This document shows, piece after piece, positions 30,065-39,958 of a stretch of 64,000 nt of DNA. The notes under the pieces are model-generated. The model was not told the origin of the DNA. It was given only the letters and a program-made list of their open reading frames with translations, and did not search any database. Source of the stretch: a virus (Duplodnaviria; Caudoviricetes). The stretch is taken from positions 9,776 to 73,775 of the IMG/VR virus record IMGVR_UViG_3300012665_000990. One strand, written 5' to 3'. Both the position numbers and the translations under genes were made by a program. Numbering within the stretch: the first letter of the stretch is position 1; each line of letters opens with the position of its first letter.

Positions 30065-30526
30065 ATGGAAAAGAATTCAGCTAAAGGAAGAGATAGCTAC
30101 GATTCAGAAATTGGGGGCAGTGTTGTCCCCTTTTTTAATCGCAATGTGACTCCTTATCCTACTGAGGCAGGAGGTCCTAAGTTTGACCTAATACCTGTTA
30201 CTAAACAAAAAGACATAATGATCAATCATGCTAGGATGTATGCCCAGCAAGAATATGATCGTATAATGGAATTAGTAACAGTGTTGCAAAAGCAAGCAGA
30301 CGATATTAAAAGAAGATTAGATGTAACCGATGCTGTTCATTCCGCTGAATATCAATTTCAAGTAGTTATGGGCAAACACTATTGGTTAGTTTGGGATTCA
30401 CGTAAAGAAAAAATGCTGTTAACGCAAAATGGCCCTGATGATTGGAGTAGTAGCCCTCCTGAAAATTACCAATATCAAACTGAGGTAAAATACATGGGTG
30501 ACCATACGTGGATGGAAATAAAATAA
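30065..30526 (+). CDS. Hypothetical protein
   Basis: Intact ORF with typical codon usage, ending at a terminator. Confidence 0.6.
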   Translation: MEKNSAKGRDSYDSEIGGSVVPFFNRNVTPYPTEAGGPKFDLIPVTKQKDIMINHARMYAQQEYDRIMELVTVLQKQADDIKRRLDVTDAVHSAEYQFQVVMGKHYWLVWDSRKEKMLLTQNGPDDWSSSPPENYQYQTEVKYMGDHTWMEIK

Positions 30527-30549
30527 AGCCCCAGGATTGGGGCTTTATT
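30522..30549. terminator. Bidirectional intrinsic terminator
   Basis: AATAAAGCCCCA-GGAT-TGGGGCTTTATT between convergent genes. Confidence 0.85.
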
Positions 30550-30551
30550 GT

Positions 30552-31277
30552 TTAACAATTGTCGCCGTAAATTCGTAAAATCTCTTTTACTGCGTCATGT
30601 CTCTCGATGTCCTTCTGTGCGAACTCCACTAAATCCACCCCCTTACGTGTAGTTGCGCTGTTATAGAGACTAATAAAATCTAAAAGGCCGTTTTCTGATG
30701 GTCGGTCTGCTTGTTGTAGGTCGCCGGTTACCGCCATCTTACTTCCTTCTCCCAAACGTGTGAGCAACATCTTCATCTGCGATGGTGTTGCGTTTTGCAT
30801 CTCGTCTGCAATAATAAATGCGTTCTTGAAAGTTCTCCCCCTCATGTATGCCAATGGACTTATTTCTAAGATTCCGTCATCCATCATACCAGCAATCTCC
30901 TGAGTACTATAATACTCTTCGAAAACATCAAAAATTGGCCTAGTCCACGGGGCCATTTTCTCGTTCAACGTTCCTGGTAAGAATCCGTGTTCTTCATCCA
31001 CACTGACAGCCGGGCGTGTGACAACTATCTTTTCGACAGTTTTTTCTTGCAATGCTTTAATAGCCATCTGCACACCCAATAGTGTTTTACCCGTTCCCGC
31101 AGGACCGATGGCAAATACTATATATTTTCGTGGATTTTTTAGTAGTTCGAGGTACGTTTCCTGCGAAAAGTTTCGTGGAACTATATGAACTTGACGGTTT
31201 TTCTTTTGATACTTGTTAATCTCAATGAGATTATTGTTATGTGAGCTATTACGCTCACGTTGTTTCGCTCTTGACAA
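30552..31277 (-). CDS. phoH: PhoH-like ATPase
   Basis: GPAGTGKT, TRPAV, GFLPG, LAYMRGRTF, DEMQN, GDLQQAD; TTG start with AGGAGG SD. Confidence 0.93.
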   Translation of the reverse strand: MSRAKQRERNSSHNNNLIEINKYQKKNRQVHIVPRNFSQETYLELLKNPRKYIVFAIGPAGTGKTLLGVQMAIKALQEKTVEKIVVTRPAVSVDEEHGFLPGTLNEKMAPWTRPIFDVFEEYYSTQEIAGMMDDGILEISPLAYMRGRTFKNAFIIADEMQNATPSQMKMLLTRLGEGSKMAVTGDLQQADRPSENGLLDFISLYNSATTRKGVDLVEFAQKDIERHDAVKEILRIYGDNC

Positions 31278-31386
31278 TGAACACCTCCTGTTAAGTCGCG
31301 ACCTACAATACTATTTAAGAACGTATTTTAAAACCAAGCCCATATACCCAAATTTCGTGCTAAATATTGATGAGGATTAGAATACT

Positions 31387-31908
31387 ATGCCAGATATCAT
31401 TGAAGTACTTAAAAACATACAAGAAGTATATGCCGGAAATAACAATCTGGGTATACTAAAAGACTTTGAACGAGTCCTAGACGAACTAGATTTGTATGTC
31501 TACGAAAATTGGGAAGACGGTGAACTAGTAGAAGGACCAATAGTTAATAGATATACTGTAGGTTGCAAGTTCATGTGGCCAAGAGATAAGATGCCAGATC
31601 CAGAAGGTGGTCAGCGTTTACTAGAGTACGACTGCAAAGTATCGTATAAACGTGATTACTTACTTGTTCCTCGTAAAGTTTTAAATCCTAGTGACTATCG
31701 TCCAGGAAGTAAAAAAGGTAAAATTGACAAGAAGAATGTTTGGATTGTTGAAATTATAATGCCTAAAAAATTAATGCAAGACATTTACCAAGGCTATGTC
31801 AAGAAAGAAAATGACAAGATGGGAGATGACATGCAAATGAATACACAACGAGAAAACATGGTGCCTGATATTAACGCGGCACAAAATGCAGAGGCCGGAA
31901 ATGTCTAA
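31387..31908 (+). CDS. Hypothetical protein
   Basis: TAAATA and SD upstream. Confidence 0.6.
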   Translation: MPDIIEVLKNIQEVYAGNNNLGILKDFERVLDELDLYVYENWEDGELVEGPIVNRYTVGCKFMWPRDKMPDPEGGQRLLEYDCKVSYKRDYLLVPRKVLNPSDYRPGSKKGKIDKKNVWIVEIIMPKKLMQDIYQGYVKKENDKMGDDMQMNTQRENMVPDINAAQNAEAGNV

Positions 31909-32638
31909 TCAACTTAACGAAGGCCTAAAGGCAAAAGATTTAGAACACTTTGTTTCTAACTTATTTTCAGTTGACACATATCAAAGTAAGATGGGTGAAG
32001 ACCGTGATGTATCTGTTGTTAGCTTTAGAGTTAAAGACAGATTGCCAGCAATGGACTTGATGGAGTTTTTAGAACGTGGGTATACATACGTTTTAGATGC
32101 AGACATTAGTAGTGGAGAAGAAAGCGATGGCAAGTATAGCGTATTTGTTGAAATAGAACGTGATAGATATTTGCCAGAACGTATTGCCGAAATGTTAGGT
32201 GGAGTTGGTCGATTAACAGGTATTAATGAATGGCGTTACAGATACTACAAAGAATGGCGTAGTAAGGATTTTAGTATAGAGAGTATTACAGAAGACATTC
32301 CATTAGACCCAGACACATATGATAGTTTTTTACATGAAAGCAAAGTTGGTATACTTAAAGGATTTTTTGATCAATCAGTATACGATGATATTGTAATTCA
32401 TGAAAACAATGTAACATTGGTTAAGCCATTTGATAACAGTATTACTTTTGAACTACAAGACGTTGGACAATACAATGAAGTAATGTCAAGAACCGAAGGT
32501 AATGTTAAGTTAGACGAACAAGCACTTGCGGAAACAGTATACCTTAACAAGATATTTGGTGACTATGAAATCATCAAACTAAGTGAGAGTTTTTTAATAA
32601 AGAAAAATAATCACGCACTATTAATTAAACTAATATAA
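31901..32638 (+). CDS. Hypothetical protein (N-terminal LNEG, possibly a head protein)
   Basis: Start MSNQLNEG overlapping the upstream stop. Confidence 0.55.
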   Translation: MSNQLNEGLKAKDLEHFVSNLFSVDTYQSKMGEDRDVSVVSFRVKDRLPAMDLMEFLERGYTYVLDADISSGEESDGKYSVFVEIERDRYLPERIAEMLGGVGRLTGINEWRYRYYKEWRSKDFSIESITEDIPLDPDTYDSFLHESKVGILKGFFDQSVYDDIVIHENNVTLVKPFDNSITFELQDVGQYNEVMSRTEGNVKLDEQALAETVYLNKIFGDYEIIKLSESFLIKKNNHALLIKLI

Positions 32639-32649
32639 GAGGGCGAAAT

Positions 32650-33276
32650 ATGAGTTTTACTTTTGATTTTACACTAAACAAATTTACAGAAATTATTGGG
32701 AAAAATCCTTATGCTGATCATTGGTTTGACGCATTATGTGAAATTCTTCCAGACTACGATATTAATACTCCAGAACGTGTTGCGGCTTTCCTAGCACAAA
32801 CAGCACATGAGTCAGGCGGATATCGTGCTATTAAAGAAAATTTAAATTATAAAGCAGCCAGTCTACGCAAAGTATTTCCTAAATATTTCCCAACAGATGA
32901 ATTGGCGGCACAGTACGCACAACAGCCAGAAAAGATTGCTAACCGTGTTTACGGAAATCGTATGGGCAATGGTCCAGAAGAATCAGGCGATGGTTTCCGT
33001 TATTGTGGTCGTGGTCTTATTCAGTTAACTGGTAAGGACAACTACACACGTTACGCACAGAGTTTGGAGATCAGTGTTGAAGAAGCACAAGAACATTTGA
33101 CAACTTTTGAAGGTTGTGTACAATCAGCGGCTTGGTTCTGGGAATCAAATAACTTAAACCAGTGGGCAGACAAGGGCGACATCCTTACACTAACAAAACG
33201 CATTAACGGCGGTACAATTGGATTAGAAGATCGTATCAAGCATTATAATCATGCTTGCCATGTATTAGGAGCCTAA
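32650..33276 (+). CDS. Endolysin, glycoside hydrolase family 19
   Basis: AAFLAQTAHESG, ENLNY, GRGLIQLTGKDNY, SAAWFW, INGGTIGLEDR. Confidence 0.9.
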   Translation: MSFTFDFTLNKFTEIIGKNPYADHWFDALCEILPDYDINTPERVAAFLAQTAHESGGYRAIKENLNYKAASLRKVFPKYFPTDELAAQYAQQPEKIANRVYGNRMGNGPEESGDGFRYCGRGLIQLTGKDNYTRYAQSLEISVEEAQEHLTTFEGCVQSAAWFWESNNLNQWADKGDILTLTKRINGGTIGLEDRIKHYNHACHVLGA

Positions 33277-33277
33277 C

Positions 33278-33730
33278 ATGGGCCAATTTGCTTGGATGTT
33301 GAGCTTAATTCCAGATGCTGTACTTGTATTTTTAGTACACCTATGTTTAGTTACAGGTATTATATTATCTATACTTGGCACGTTTTCAAGCAAATTTCCT
33401 TTCGTTGGTGAGTATGGTCGTTTAGCAAAACTAATTGGAATACCTTTATTCTTGTTAGGAGTATTTTTTGAAGGCGGGCTTGTTACAGAAATGAAATGGC
33501 GAGCCCAAGTTGAAGAGTTACAAGCTAAAGTAAAAGTTGCCGAAGAACAAAGTAAAGAAACTAATACTGTTATTCAAACACAGTATAGAGACAAAATTAA
33601 AACTGTCAAAGAAGTTCAAGTTGTTGTACAAGAACGCATTGTTAAAGAAGCCGCAAAAATGGATGCAGAGTGCAAAATTGAACCAGAAGTTATTAATATT
33701 TTAAACCAAGCCGCAGGAGGTAAGAAATGA
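33278..33730 (+). CDS. Probable inner-membrane spanin (Rz-like)
   Basis: N-terminal TM segments plus coiled coil and a C-terminal Cys; follows the endolysin. Confidence 0.6.
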   Translation: MGQFAWMLSLIPDAVLVFLVHLCLVTGIILSILGTFSSKFPFVGEYGRLAKLIGIPLFLLGVFFEGGLVTEMKWRAQVEELQAKVKVAEEQSKETNTVIQTQYRDKIKTVKEVQVVVQERIVKEAAKMDAECKIEPEVINILNQAAGGKK

Positions 33731-33993
33731 AAAAACTATTATTAGTTGGCGCATTTGTTTTACTTTCAGGGTGTGCAACCACTGTTCCAGTTACCATGAG
33801 TTTCCCGCAGGCTCCAGAAGATTTAAAAGTTGCTTGCCCAGATTTAAAACAAACACAACCCACTACTAAATTAAGTGAAGTTGTTACAGTAGTTACTGAA
33901 AATTATGGCCAATACCAAGAATGCCAAATTAAAGTAAATGCATGGATACAATGGTACAACAGTCAAAAGAAAATATTTGAAGGTATTAAATGA
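33727..33993 (+). CDS. Probable outer-membrane spanin lipoprotein (Rz1-like)
   Basis: Lipobox LSGC; Pro-rich start; CPDL and ECQ cysteines. Confidence 0.65.
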   Translation: MKKLLLVGAFVLLSGCATTVPVTMSFPQAPEDLKVACPDLKQTQPTTKLSEVVTVVTENYGQYQECQIKVNAWIQWYNSQKKIFEGIK

Positions 33994-34391
33994 AAAAACT
34001 ATTACTAATTTTATTAATAAGTTTGCTACCAGGGTGCGCTTTATATGATGCATATATCATGGCCCGCTTTGATAACAATGAATACGCATTAATTAATCGT
34101 ATTCGTACTGAAGCAAATTTAGGTGCCGCCAAATGCGGAAAGCCTGAAGTCGTAGCAGTTGTAGATCATTTATGGGCAACTAGTGTAGAATTTAGAAATT
34201 ACACACAAGCAATACCAAATAATCAAGAAGCAACTAAAATGGGCAGTGAGTTGGCTGAAATTGTTAAAGGGCTAAGTGATCGTTATAAAGGAACTGAGCC
34301 AGTTAGCATGATGTATTGTACTACCAAGTTTAGCAGTATTGAACGCAATGCTGTTAATATTCAAAATGTTATAGGGAAGAAACCAAGATGA
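33990..34391 (+). CDS. Lipoprotein of unknown function
   Basis: Lipobox LPGC; two further Cys. Confidence 0.6.
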   Translation: MKKLLLILLISLLPGCALYDAYIMARFDNNEYALINRIRTEANLGAAKCGKPEVVAVVDHLWATSVEFRNYTQAIPNNQEATKMGSELAEIVKGLSDRYKGTEPVSMMYCTTKFSSIERNAVNIQNVIGKKPR

Positions 34392-34642
34392 GCGTGGAAC
34401 TAAACGAAGCATTAGCCGCAATTAATAACACTGGCGATCCTAGTTTACAGGATTTAGCCAAACGTGCTTATGAATATAAAACAGCATTAGAGTCAGGACA
34501 ACTTAGCAAAAGCGAGTACACTGAACTAGTAACTGATTTATATCATGAGAAAAATATAAATGAAGCAGTTCAAGATTTGCAATTAAAAGAATATATTAAT
34601 ACAACAATGAACGCACTAATAAACTTAGCAAGTTTATATTAA
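34388..34642 (+). CDS. Hypothetical protein
   Basis: ATGA-coupled within the lysis region. Confidence 0.5.
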   Translation: MSVELNEALAAINNTGDPSLQDLAKRAYEYKTALESGQLSKSEYTELVTDLYHEKNINEAVQDLQLKEYINTTMNALINLASLY

Positions 34643-34663
34643 ATAAAAAGCAAGGAGCGAAAA

Positions 34664-35215
34664 ATGTCAGATAAAGTAGAAATGAGTGAAAGTGAAAAGA
34701 AAAAAGAAGATTGGATGAATTCTAAATGGCGTCCTATGATGGGCTGGATGTACATGGCAGTCTGTATGATGGACTTTATTGGATTTCCAGTTTTATGGAG
34801 CTTGCTACAAGCAATGAGCAAAGGCGCAGTCAATCTACAGTGGCAACCATTGACATTACAAGGTGCTGGGTTATTCCACATCGCAATGGGTGCTGTTTTA
34901 GGACTTGCGGCTTATGGTCGTACTCAAGAAAAACTAAACGGAGCAAATAATGGCGGACTACAAATGCCAACAGGAGGCGGTACCTCATATACACCACCTA
35001 GCGCAATCCCAGCAACACCAGCACCAAGTTTTGGAAATGCACCACTGGGAGGAAACAGCGCAAGTAGTTTCACACCAGCACCAAGCTGGGGGACAACTCC
35101 AATTGCATCAACAAGCGGCTTTGGTAGCGGTGCAGGAGTTGGAGCGACAGCGACTCCAGCCGTAACAGCAAGCGGTAAGAAAATTGTACCAGATTTTGAA
35201 CAACCAGTAATTTAA
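34664..35215 (+). CDS. Probable holin (GTA 3TM-like) with Gly/Pro/Thr-rich tail
   Basis: WRPMMGWMY..TM..WQPLTLQGAGLFHIAMGAVLG; late promoter at 34640. Confidence 0.6.
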   Translation: MSDKVEMSESEKKKEDWMNSKWRPMMGWMYMAVCMMDFIGFPVLWSLLQAMSKGAVNLQWQPLTLQGAGLFHIAMGAVLGLAAYGRTQEKLNGANNGGLQMPTGGGTSYTPPSAIPATPAPSFGNAPLGGNSASSFTPAPSWGTTPIASTSGFGSGAGVGATATPAVTASGKKIVPDFEQPVI

Positions 35216-35227
35216 TAGGAGCAGAAT

Positions 35228-35350
35228 ATGTTAGATACATTATTTTGGGTAGCAGTAGGAGCATTTGTAGGATGGAATTTTCCACAGCCATTTTGGGCTA
35301 AGATTATTCAAGAAAAAATTCAAGCTATGATAGCTAAAAAAGGAGCATAA
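35228..35350 (+). CDS. Small membrane protein (40 aa)
   Basis: MLDTLFWVAVGAFVGWNFPQPFWAK...; SD AGGAG; below track cutoff. Confidence 0.65.
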   Translation: MLDTLFWVAVGAFVGWNFPQPFWAKIIQEKIQAMIAKKGA

Positions 35351-35351
35351 T

Positions 35352-35567
35352 ATGAAATTGTTATTTGCATTGCTAACAAGTTTAGCATTAGTTGGCACAG
35401 CATACGCTGGCGGGGAAATGAAAGAAGTTTGTACACCAAAAGTAGACAAAGCAGGTAAAGCTGTTATGGATAAGAAAACTGGTAAGCAAGCTCAAGATTG
35501 TAAAAAAATCAAAGTTCATAAGAAAGTAGAAGGCGAAAAGGTTCCAGAGCCTGCCAAAAAGAAATAA
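35352..35567 (+). CDS. Small secreted basic protein
   Basis: Signal peptide ending AYA; two Cys; SD AGGAG. Confidence 0.6.
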   Translation: MKLLFALLTSLALVGTAYAGGEMKEVCTPKVDKAGKAVMDKKTGKQAQDCKKIKVHKKVEGEKVPEPAKKK

Positions 35568-35585
35568 TTTAATTATTTCCATTTC

Positions 35586-35624
35586 AAAAGGCAGCTTGAC
35601 AGTTGCCTTTTTTTGTTATATAAT
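35586..35624 (+). terminator. Intrinsic terminator fused with a sigma70 promoter
   Basis: AAAAGGCAGCT-TGAC-AGTTGCCTTTT hairpin with TTGACA (35596-35601) at the apex, 17 nt, TATAAT (35619-35624). Confidence 0.75.
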
Positions 35625-35630
35625 TGTACT

Positions 35631-36479
35631 ATGAAAGACTATTATAAGACTCTCGGCGTTCCTCGAAACGCATCACCAGATGAAATTAAAAAGGCCTACA
35701 GAAGCAAGGCAATGAAACATCACCCTGATCGAGGCGGTGATGAAAAAGTATTCAAAGAAATTAACGAAGCACATGATATACTAAGTGATCCACAGAAAAA
35801 ATCTATGTTGGATCAAGGAGTAGATCCGCTGAATCCAAATCAAGGCGGATTTGGTAATCATGAATTCCATTTTACTACAGGCGGGATGGACGATATATTG
35901 CGTGGCTTTGGATTTAACTTTGGATTTGGACAAGGACCAAGTTTTCAACAACGCCAACAACCAAGAAATAAATCTTTAAATGTTAATCTAACAATTAGTT
36001 TAGAAGAAGCATTTACGGGTGTTGAAAAAACAATTGAAATACAATATCCAACTGGACGTAAACAAATGAATATTACAATTCCTAAAGGAGTTGATAATGG
36101 TATGGCCATTCGTTATTCAGGAATGGGTGATGATTCAATTAGAAATATCCCTGCTGGAGATTTAACTATTAGCATCAATGTAATGCCACATCCTAAGTTT
36201 GCTAGAGAAGGTTTAAATCTTTTAACAGATTCAAATATTGATTGCTTTGATGCAATTCTTGGTACTTCGGTAGATATTAGGACATTAGACGGTCGTGTGC
36301 TACAATTAGTTGTGCCAGCAGGAACGCAAAGTGGAACTACTTTAGGATTGCGTAATGAGGGTATGACAGATCAAGCAGGTAATATTGGTAGGCTGTATGT
36401 CAGAGTAAATGTACAAATTCCAACTGATTTAGATTCAAATGCTATTAACATGGTTAAACATATTAAGGGTATCAAGTAA
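35631..36479 (+). CDS. dnaJ: DnaJ-family co-chaperone (type II, no Zn finger)
   Basis: DYYKTLGV, HHPD, G/F-rich linker, GDL C-terminal domain; probably leaderless start. Confidence 0.9.
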   Translation: MKDYYKTLGVPRNASPDEIKKAYRSKAMKHHPDRGGDEKVFKEINEAHDILSDPQKKSMLDQGVDPLNPNQGGFGNHEFHFTTGGMDDILRGFGFNFGFGQGPSFQQRQQPRNKSLNVNLTISLEEAFTGVEKTIEIQYPTGRKQMNITIPKGVDNGMAIRYSGMGDDSIRNIPAGDLTISINVMPHPKFAREGLNLLTDSNIDCFDAILGTSVDIRTLDGRVLQLVVPAGTQSGTTLGLRNEGMTDQAGNIGRLYVRVNVQIPTDLDSNAINMVKHIKGIK

Positions 36480-36988
36480 TGTTGAAAATTGTAAAACATC
36501 CAGACCCTATTTTAGAAGAAGTAATGCCAGCATTTGATTTTGCTAATCCAATTATGGATCCCAAGCAATTGGAAACAGAGATGTTAGCAGTAATGTTTGC
36601 ACATGACGGAATTGGCCTTGCCGCACCTCAAGTGGGAATTCGAACAAGAGTTTTTACCATGGGCCATATATTAATGAAAGAACAAAGTAATGCGTACTTT
36701 AATCCTGAAGTAGTTGATGCTAGTACTGATTTACTTGATATAGAAGAAGGGTGTTTGAGTTTCCCAACAGTTTTTGTTAAAATTAAACGACCAAGTTGGA
36801 TTGTAGGTAAGTATTTTGATAGCGAAGGCAACGAGCATCAAAATAAATTTGAAGGATATGATTGTAAATGCTTTTTACACGAGCTTGATCATTTAAACGG
36901 CATCAATTTTAAAGATAGACTTTCTACTTTAAAATGGGCCATGGCAGTTAAAAAATCTAAGAAAGTCAAAGTGAGGAACTATGCTTGA
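36479..36988 (+). CDS. def: Peptide deformylase
   Basis: GIGLAAPQVG, EEGCLSFP, HELDHLNG. Confidence 0.93.
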   Translation: MLKIVKHPDPILEEVMPAFDFANPIMDPKQLETEMLAVMFAHDGIGLAAPQVGIRTRVFTMGHILMKEQSNAYFNPEVVDASTDLLDIEEGCLSFPTVFVKIKRPSWIVGKYFDSEGNEHQNKFEGYDCKCFLHELDHLNGINFKDRLSTLKWAMAVKKSKKVKVRNYA

Positions 36989-39257
36989 ACCAAATGAAGA
37001 GTTAGAAGGTATTTTTGAACGTGCTGTATTGTTGGCTATCGAAAATAAACATCAATATATTACGTTGGAACACTTTCTACTAAGTTTAGTAAGTGATGAA
37101 AAGTTTGGCAAAAAGCTAAATGATTTTGGTACCGATGTTACAGATTTAAAATTAAATTTGACTAGTTACATTGCAAATGAATTGTCAACTATTGTTAATG
37201 AAAATCAAAGTAGCAGACCAAAGAAAACAAATAGTATTGAACGTATGTTAAATCGTGCGTTTACACAAACATTGTTTGCTGGCCGTACTACTATTGAACC
37301 TATTGATTGCTTCTTAAGCATATTGCATGAAAAGAAAAGTCATGCACATTACTACTTGCGTTTGGCTAAGATTGATAAAGACAAATTTGTAGAGTTTATC
37401 AATCAGGAAAACAACACTATTGAAAACGGTGAAGAAGCGACTATCCCAGAAAGTAAACTAGAAGCAGTTATTAATAATTTCTGTGTTAACTTGAATAACA
37501 GAGTTAAACAAAAGAAAATCGATCCAGTTATTGGTCGTGAAAAAGAAATTGAAGAGATTCAACTTGTATTGGCACGTAGACACAAATCAAACGTAATGAT
37601 GATTGGTGATCCTGGTGTAGGTAAGACTGCGATTGCTGAAGGTCTTGCTCGTAACATTGTTGAAGGCAAAGTACCAAAGTTTATCGAAGACCACACAGTC
37701 TATACATTGGATATCAGTGCGTTACTTGCTGGCAGTAAGTATCGTGGTGATTTTGAAGAAAGACTAAAGACTGTACTAACTGCTATTGAAAAGAAAAAGA
37801 AAGCTATTCTATTCATTGACGAAGCACACATGATGAATGGTGCTGGAGCAAGCAGTGGTCAAAGCAATGACATGGCTAATATGTTAAAACCAGCATTGGC
37901 CAAGGGCGGCTTTAAAGTTATTGCCAGTACTACATGGGAAGAATTCCGCAAGCACTTTGAAAAGGATCGTGCCCTAATGCGCAGATTCCAACGTGTTGTA
38001 GTTGACGAGCCAGATGAGGAAACAGCAATTAAGATCCTTACAGGACTTAAGAAGTATTACGAAAAACATCATGGTGTCAAAATTACCAAACAGGCAATTA
38101 TCGACAGCGTCAAGTATAGTATCAAGTACATGAGTGATAAGAAGTTGCCCGACAAGGCAATTGATATTATTGATTGTGCATGTGCTCGTTTTAAGATACG
38201 TGACGAAGAAAATGGCACTGTTGATCATGACGAAGTAGTTTATGAAGTTGCTAAAATGACTAACTTGCCGTTAGAGCAAGTTGCGGCTAAAGAGACTAAG
38301 AAACTTACAAACTTAGAAGATAGTTTGAAAGCAGAAGTGTTTGGTCAAGAAAATGCCATTGATACATTGCTTGATAAAATTTATATTGCTCAAGCAGGAC
38401 TTAAATCAGTCAACAAACCAGTTGGTAGTTTCTTGTTTGTAGGTCCCACTGGTTGTGGTAAAACTGAAACTGCTAAACAGCTGAGTGACAAAATGGGAAT
38501 TAAACTTGTACGTTTTGATATGAGTGAGTTCCAAGAAAAACACGCAGTGGCAAAGTTTATTGGTGCACCTCCAGGATATGTTGGCTTTGAAGACAATGCT
38601 GGACAATTGATTACTACATTACAAGAAACACCTAACTGTGTATTGTTATTAGATGAGATTGAAAAAGCACATCCTGATGTTGTTAACGTAATGTTACAAT
38701 TAATGGATAATGGATTCGTAACTGGCAGTAATGGTAAGAAAGCAGATGCACGTAACGCCATTATTATCATGACCAGTAACTTAGGTGCCGCAGATAGTGA
38801 AAAGAAAAACATTGGCTTTGGCAGTCAAGAAAAGTTAAGCGAAACTGATACTGCTGTTAATGCGTTCTTTGCTCCAGAGTTTAGAAATCGTTTAGACGGT
38901 ATTATTAAGTTTAAGAAACTTGGTCATAGTGTAATGCTCAAAGTTGTTGACAAGTTTGTGCGTGAAATGAACGAACTAATTTCTGATAAGAATGTGTTTG
39001 TACAATTAACAGACGTTGCACGTGACTATTTGGTTGAACAAGGATTTAACAGTAAAATGGGCGCACGTCCATTACAAAGAGTAATTGATGATAAAATTAA
39101 GAAGCCATTAAGCCGTGAAATACTGTTTGGTCAATTACTTAACGGTGGAATTGTTAAAGTTGACAAAACAGATGATGGTTTAGTATTTGATTATTTAGAT
39201 CCTCTACCCGTAGCATTAGAGCCAGAGGTAATTGAAGATGTCATTTCGGAAGATTGA
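36981..39257 (+). CDS. clpA: ClpA AAA+ unfoldase
   Basis: N domain, GDPGVGKT and GPTGCGKT Walker A motifs, RFDMSEF, GAPPGYVGF, IGF ClpP-docking loop. Confidence 0.93.
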   Translation: MLEPNEELEGIFERAVLLAIENKHQYITLEHFLLSLVSDEKFGKKLNDFGTDVTDLKLNLTSYIANELSTIVNENQSSRPKKTNSIERMLNRAFTQTLFAGRTTIEPIDCFLSILHEKKSHAHYYLRLAKIDKDKFVEFINQENNTIENGEEATIPESKLEAVINNFCVNLNNRVKQKKIDPVIGREKEIEEIQLVLARRHKSNVMMIGDPGVGKTAIAEGLARNIVEGKVPKFIEDHTVYTLDISALLAGSKYRGDFEERLKTVLTAIEKKKKAILFIDEAHMMNGAGASSGQSNDMANMLKPALAKGGFKVIASTTWEEFRKHFEKDRALMRRFQRVVVDEPDEETAIKILTGLKKYYEKHHGVKITKQAIIDSVKYSIKYMSDKKLPDKAIDIIDCACARFKIRDEENGTVDHDEVVYEVAKMTNLPLEQVAAKETKKLTNLEDSLKAEVFGQENAIDTLLDKIYIAQAGLKSVNKPVGSFLFVGPTGCGKTETAKQLSDKMGIKLVRFDMSEFQEKHAVAKFIGAPPGYVGFEDNAGQLITTLQETPNCVLLLDEIEKAHPDVVNVMLQLMDNGFVTGSNGKKADARNAIIIMTSNLGAADSEKKNIGFGSQEKLSETDTAVNAFFAPEFRNRLDGIIKFKKLGHSVMLKVVDKFVREMNELISDKNVFVQLTDVARDYLVEQGFNSKMGARPLQRVIDDKIKKPLSREILFGQLLNGGIVKVDKTDDGLVFDYLDPLPVALEPEVIEDVISED

Positions 39258-39948
39258 TACTAAAAAGCTATTTTATAAAAAATGGCTGTATAAGATTGTT
39301 ATAGAAAGCAAAGGACTTGGACATTTACATAGAAGTAATTGTGCAGATCAATTGCTTTCACTTCCTCCCGAAACCCCTTTAGATAATAGATGGGGTTCGG
39401 TTATTATATATGACAAAAAGAAGGACGTTTGGAATAATAGAAAAGACCTTCTTAATCTAACAGCCTTTTTAGAATTAACTTTACTTGATAAAGAGTTTCA
39501 AACTAGATACGAAAGTGACAGGGTTAGTATTTTTACCAATGACACACAACTGGTAACTGTTATATCTGATGGTATTAAAACTTTTATAAAAGAAATTCAC
39601 AGTCCTCACAGTGACGAAGAAGCTGTATTCCTAAGTTCAAATAAGAATAAAGTAATCTGTACAACACTACCCCACGAAAAATTTAGGTATAAAATGTACT
39701 TTAAAGATGGAAATAGACCATCTACATCATTCTTAAACGACTTTCTAACGTGGACTAGCAAATTTAATGATGGAAGAATTCATATTCCTGACGGAACTCG
39801 ACGAATTTTAGCAGGTAACGCATATCCTTATTTCTATGGACACTATTTCTATGCCAAGGATCAAAAAATAGCCAGTATGGCTATGTTGTATGTTGGTGAG
39901 CATTTACACAGAACTGAAGAGTTTATATTAAAGGAAGAAATCGCTTAA
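39232..39948 (+). CDS. Hypothetical protein
   Basis: Intact 238-aa ORF. Confidence 0.55.
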   Translation: MKMSFRKIDTKKLFYKKWLYKIVIESKGLGHLHRSNCADQLLSLPPETPLDNRWGSVIIYDKKKDVWNNRKDLLNLTAFLELTLLDKEFQTRYESDRVSIFTNDTQLVTVISDGIKTFIKEIHSPHSDEEAVFLSSNKNKVICTTLPHEKFRYKMYFKDGNRPSTSFLNDFLTWTSKFNDGRIHIPDGTRRILAGNAYPYFYGHYFYAKDQKIASMAMLYVGEHLHRTEEFILKEEIA

Positions 39949-39958
39949 ATATTATACT

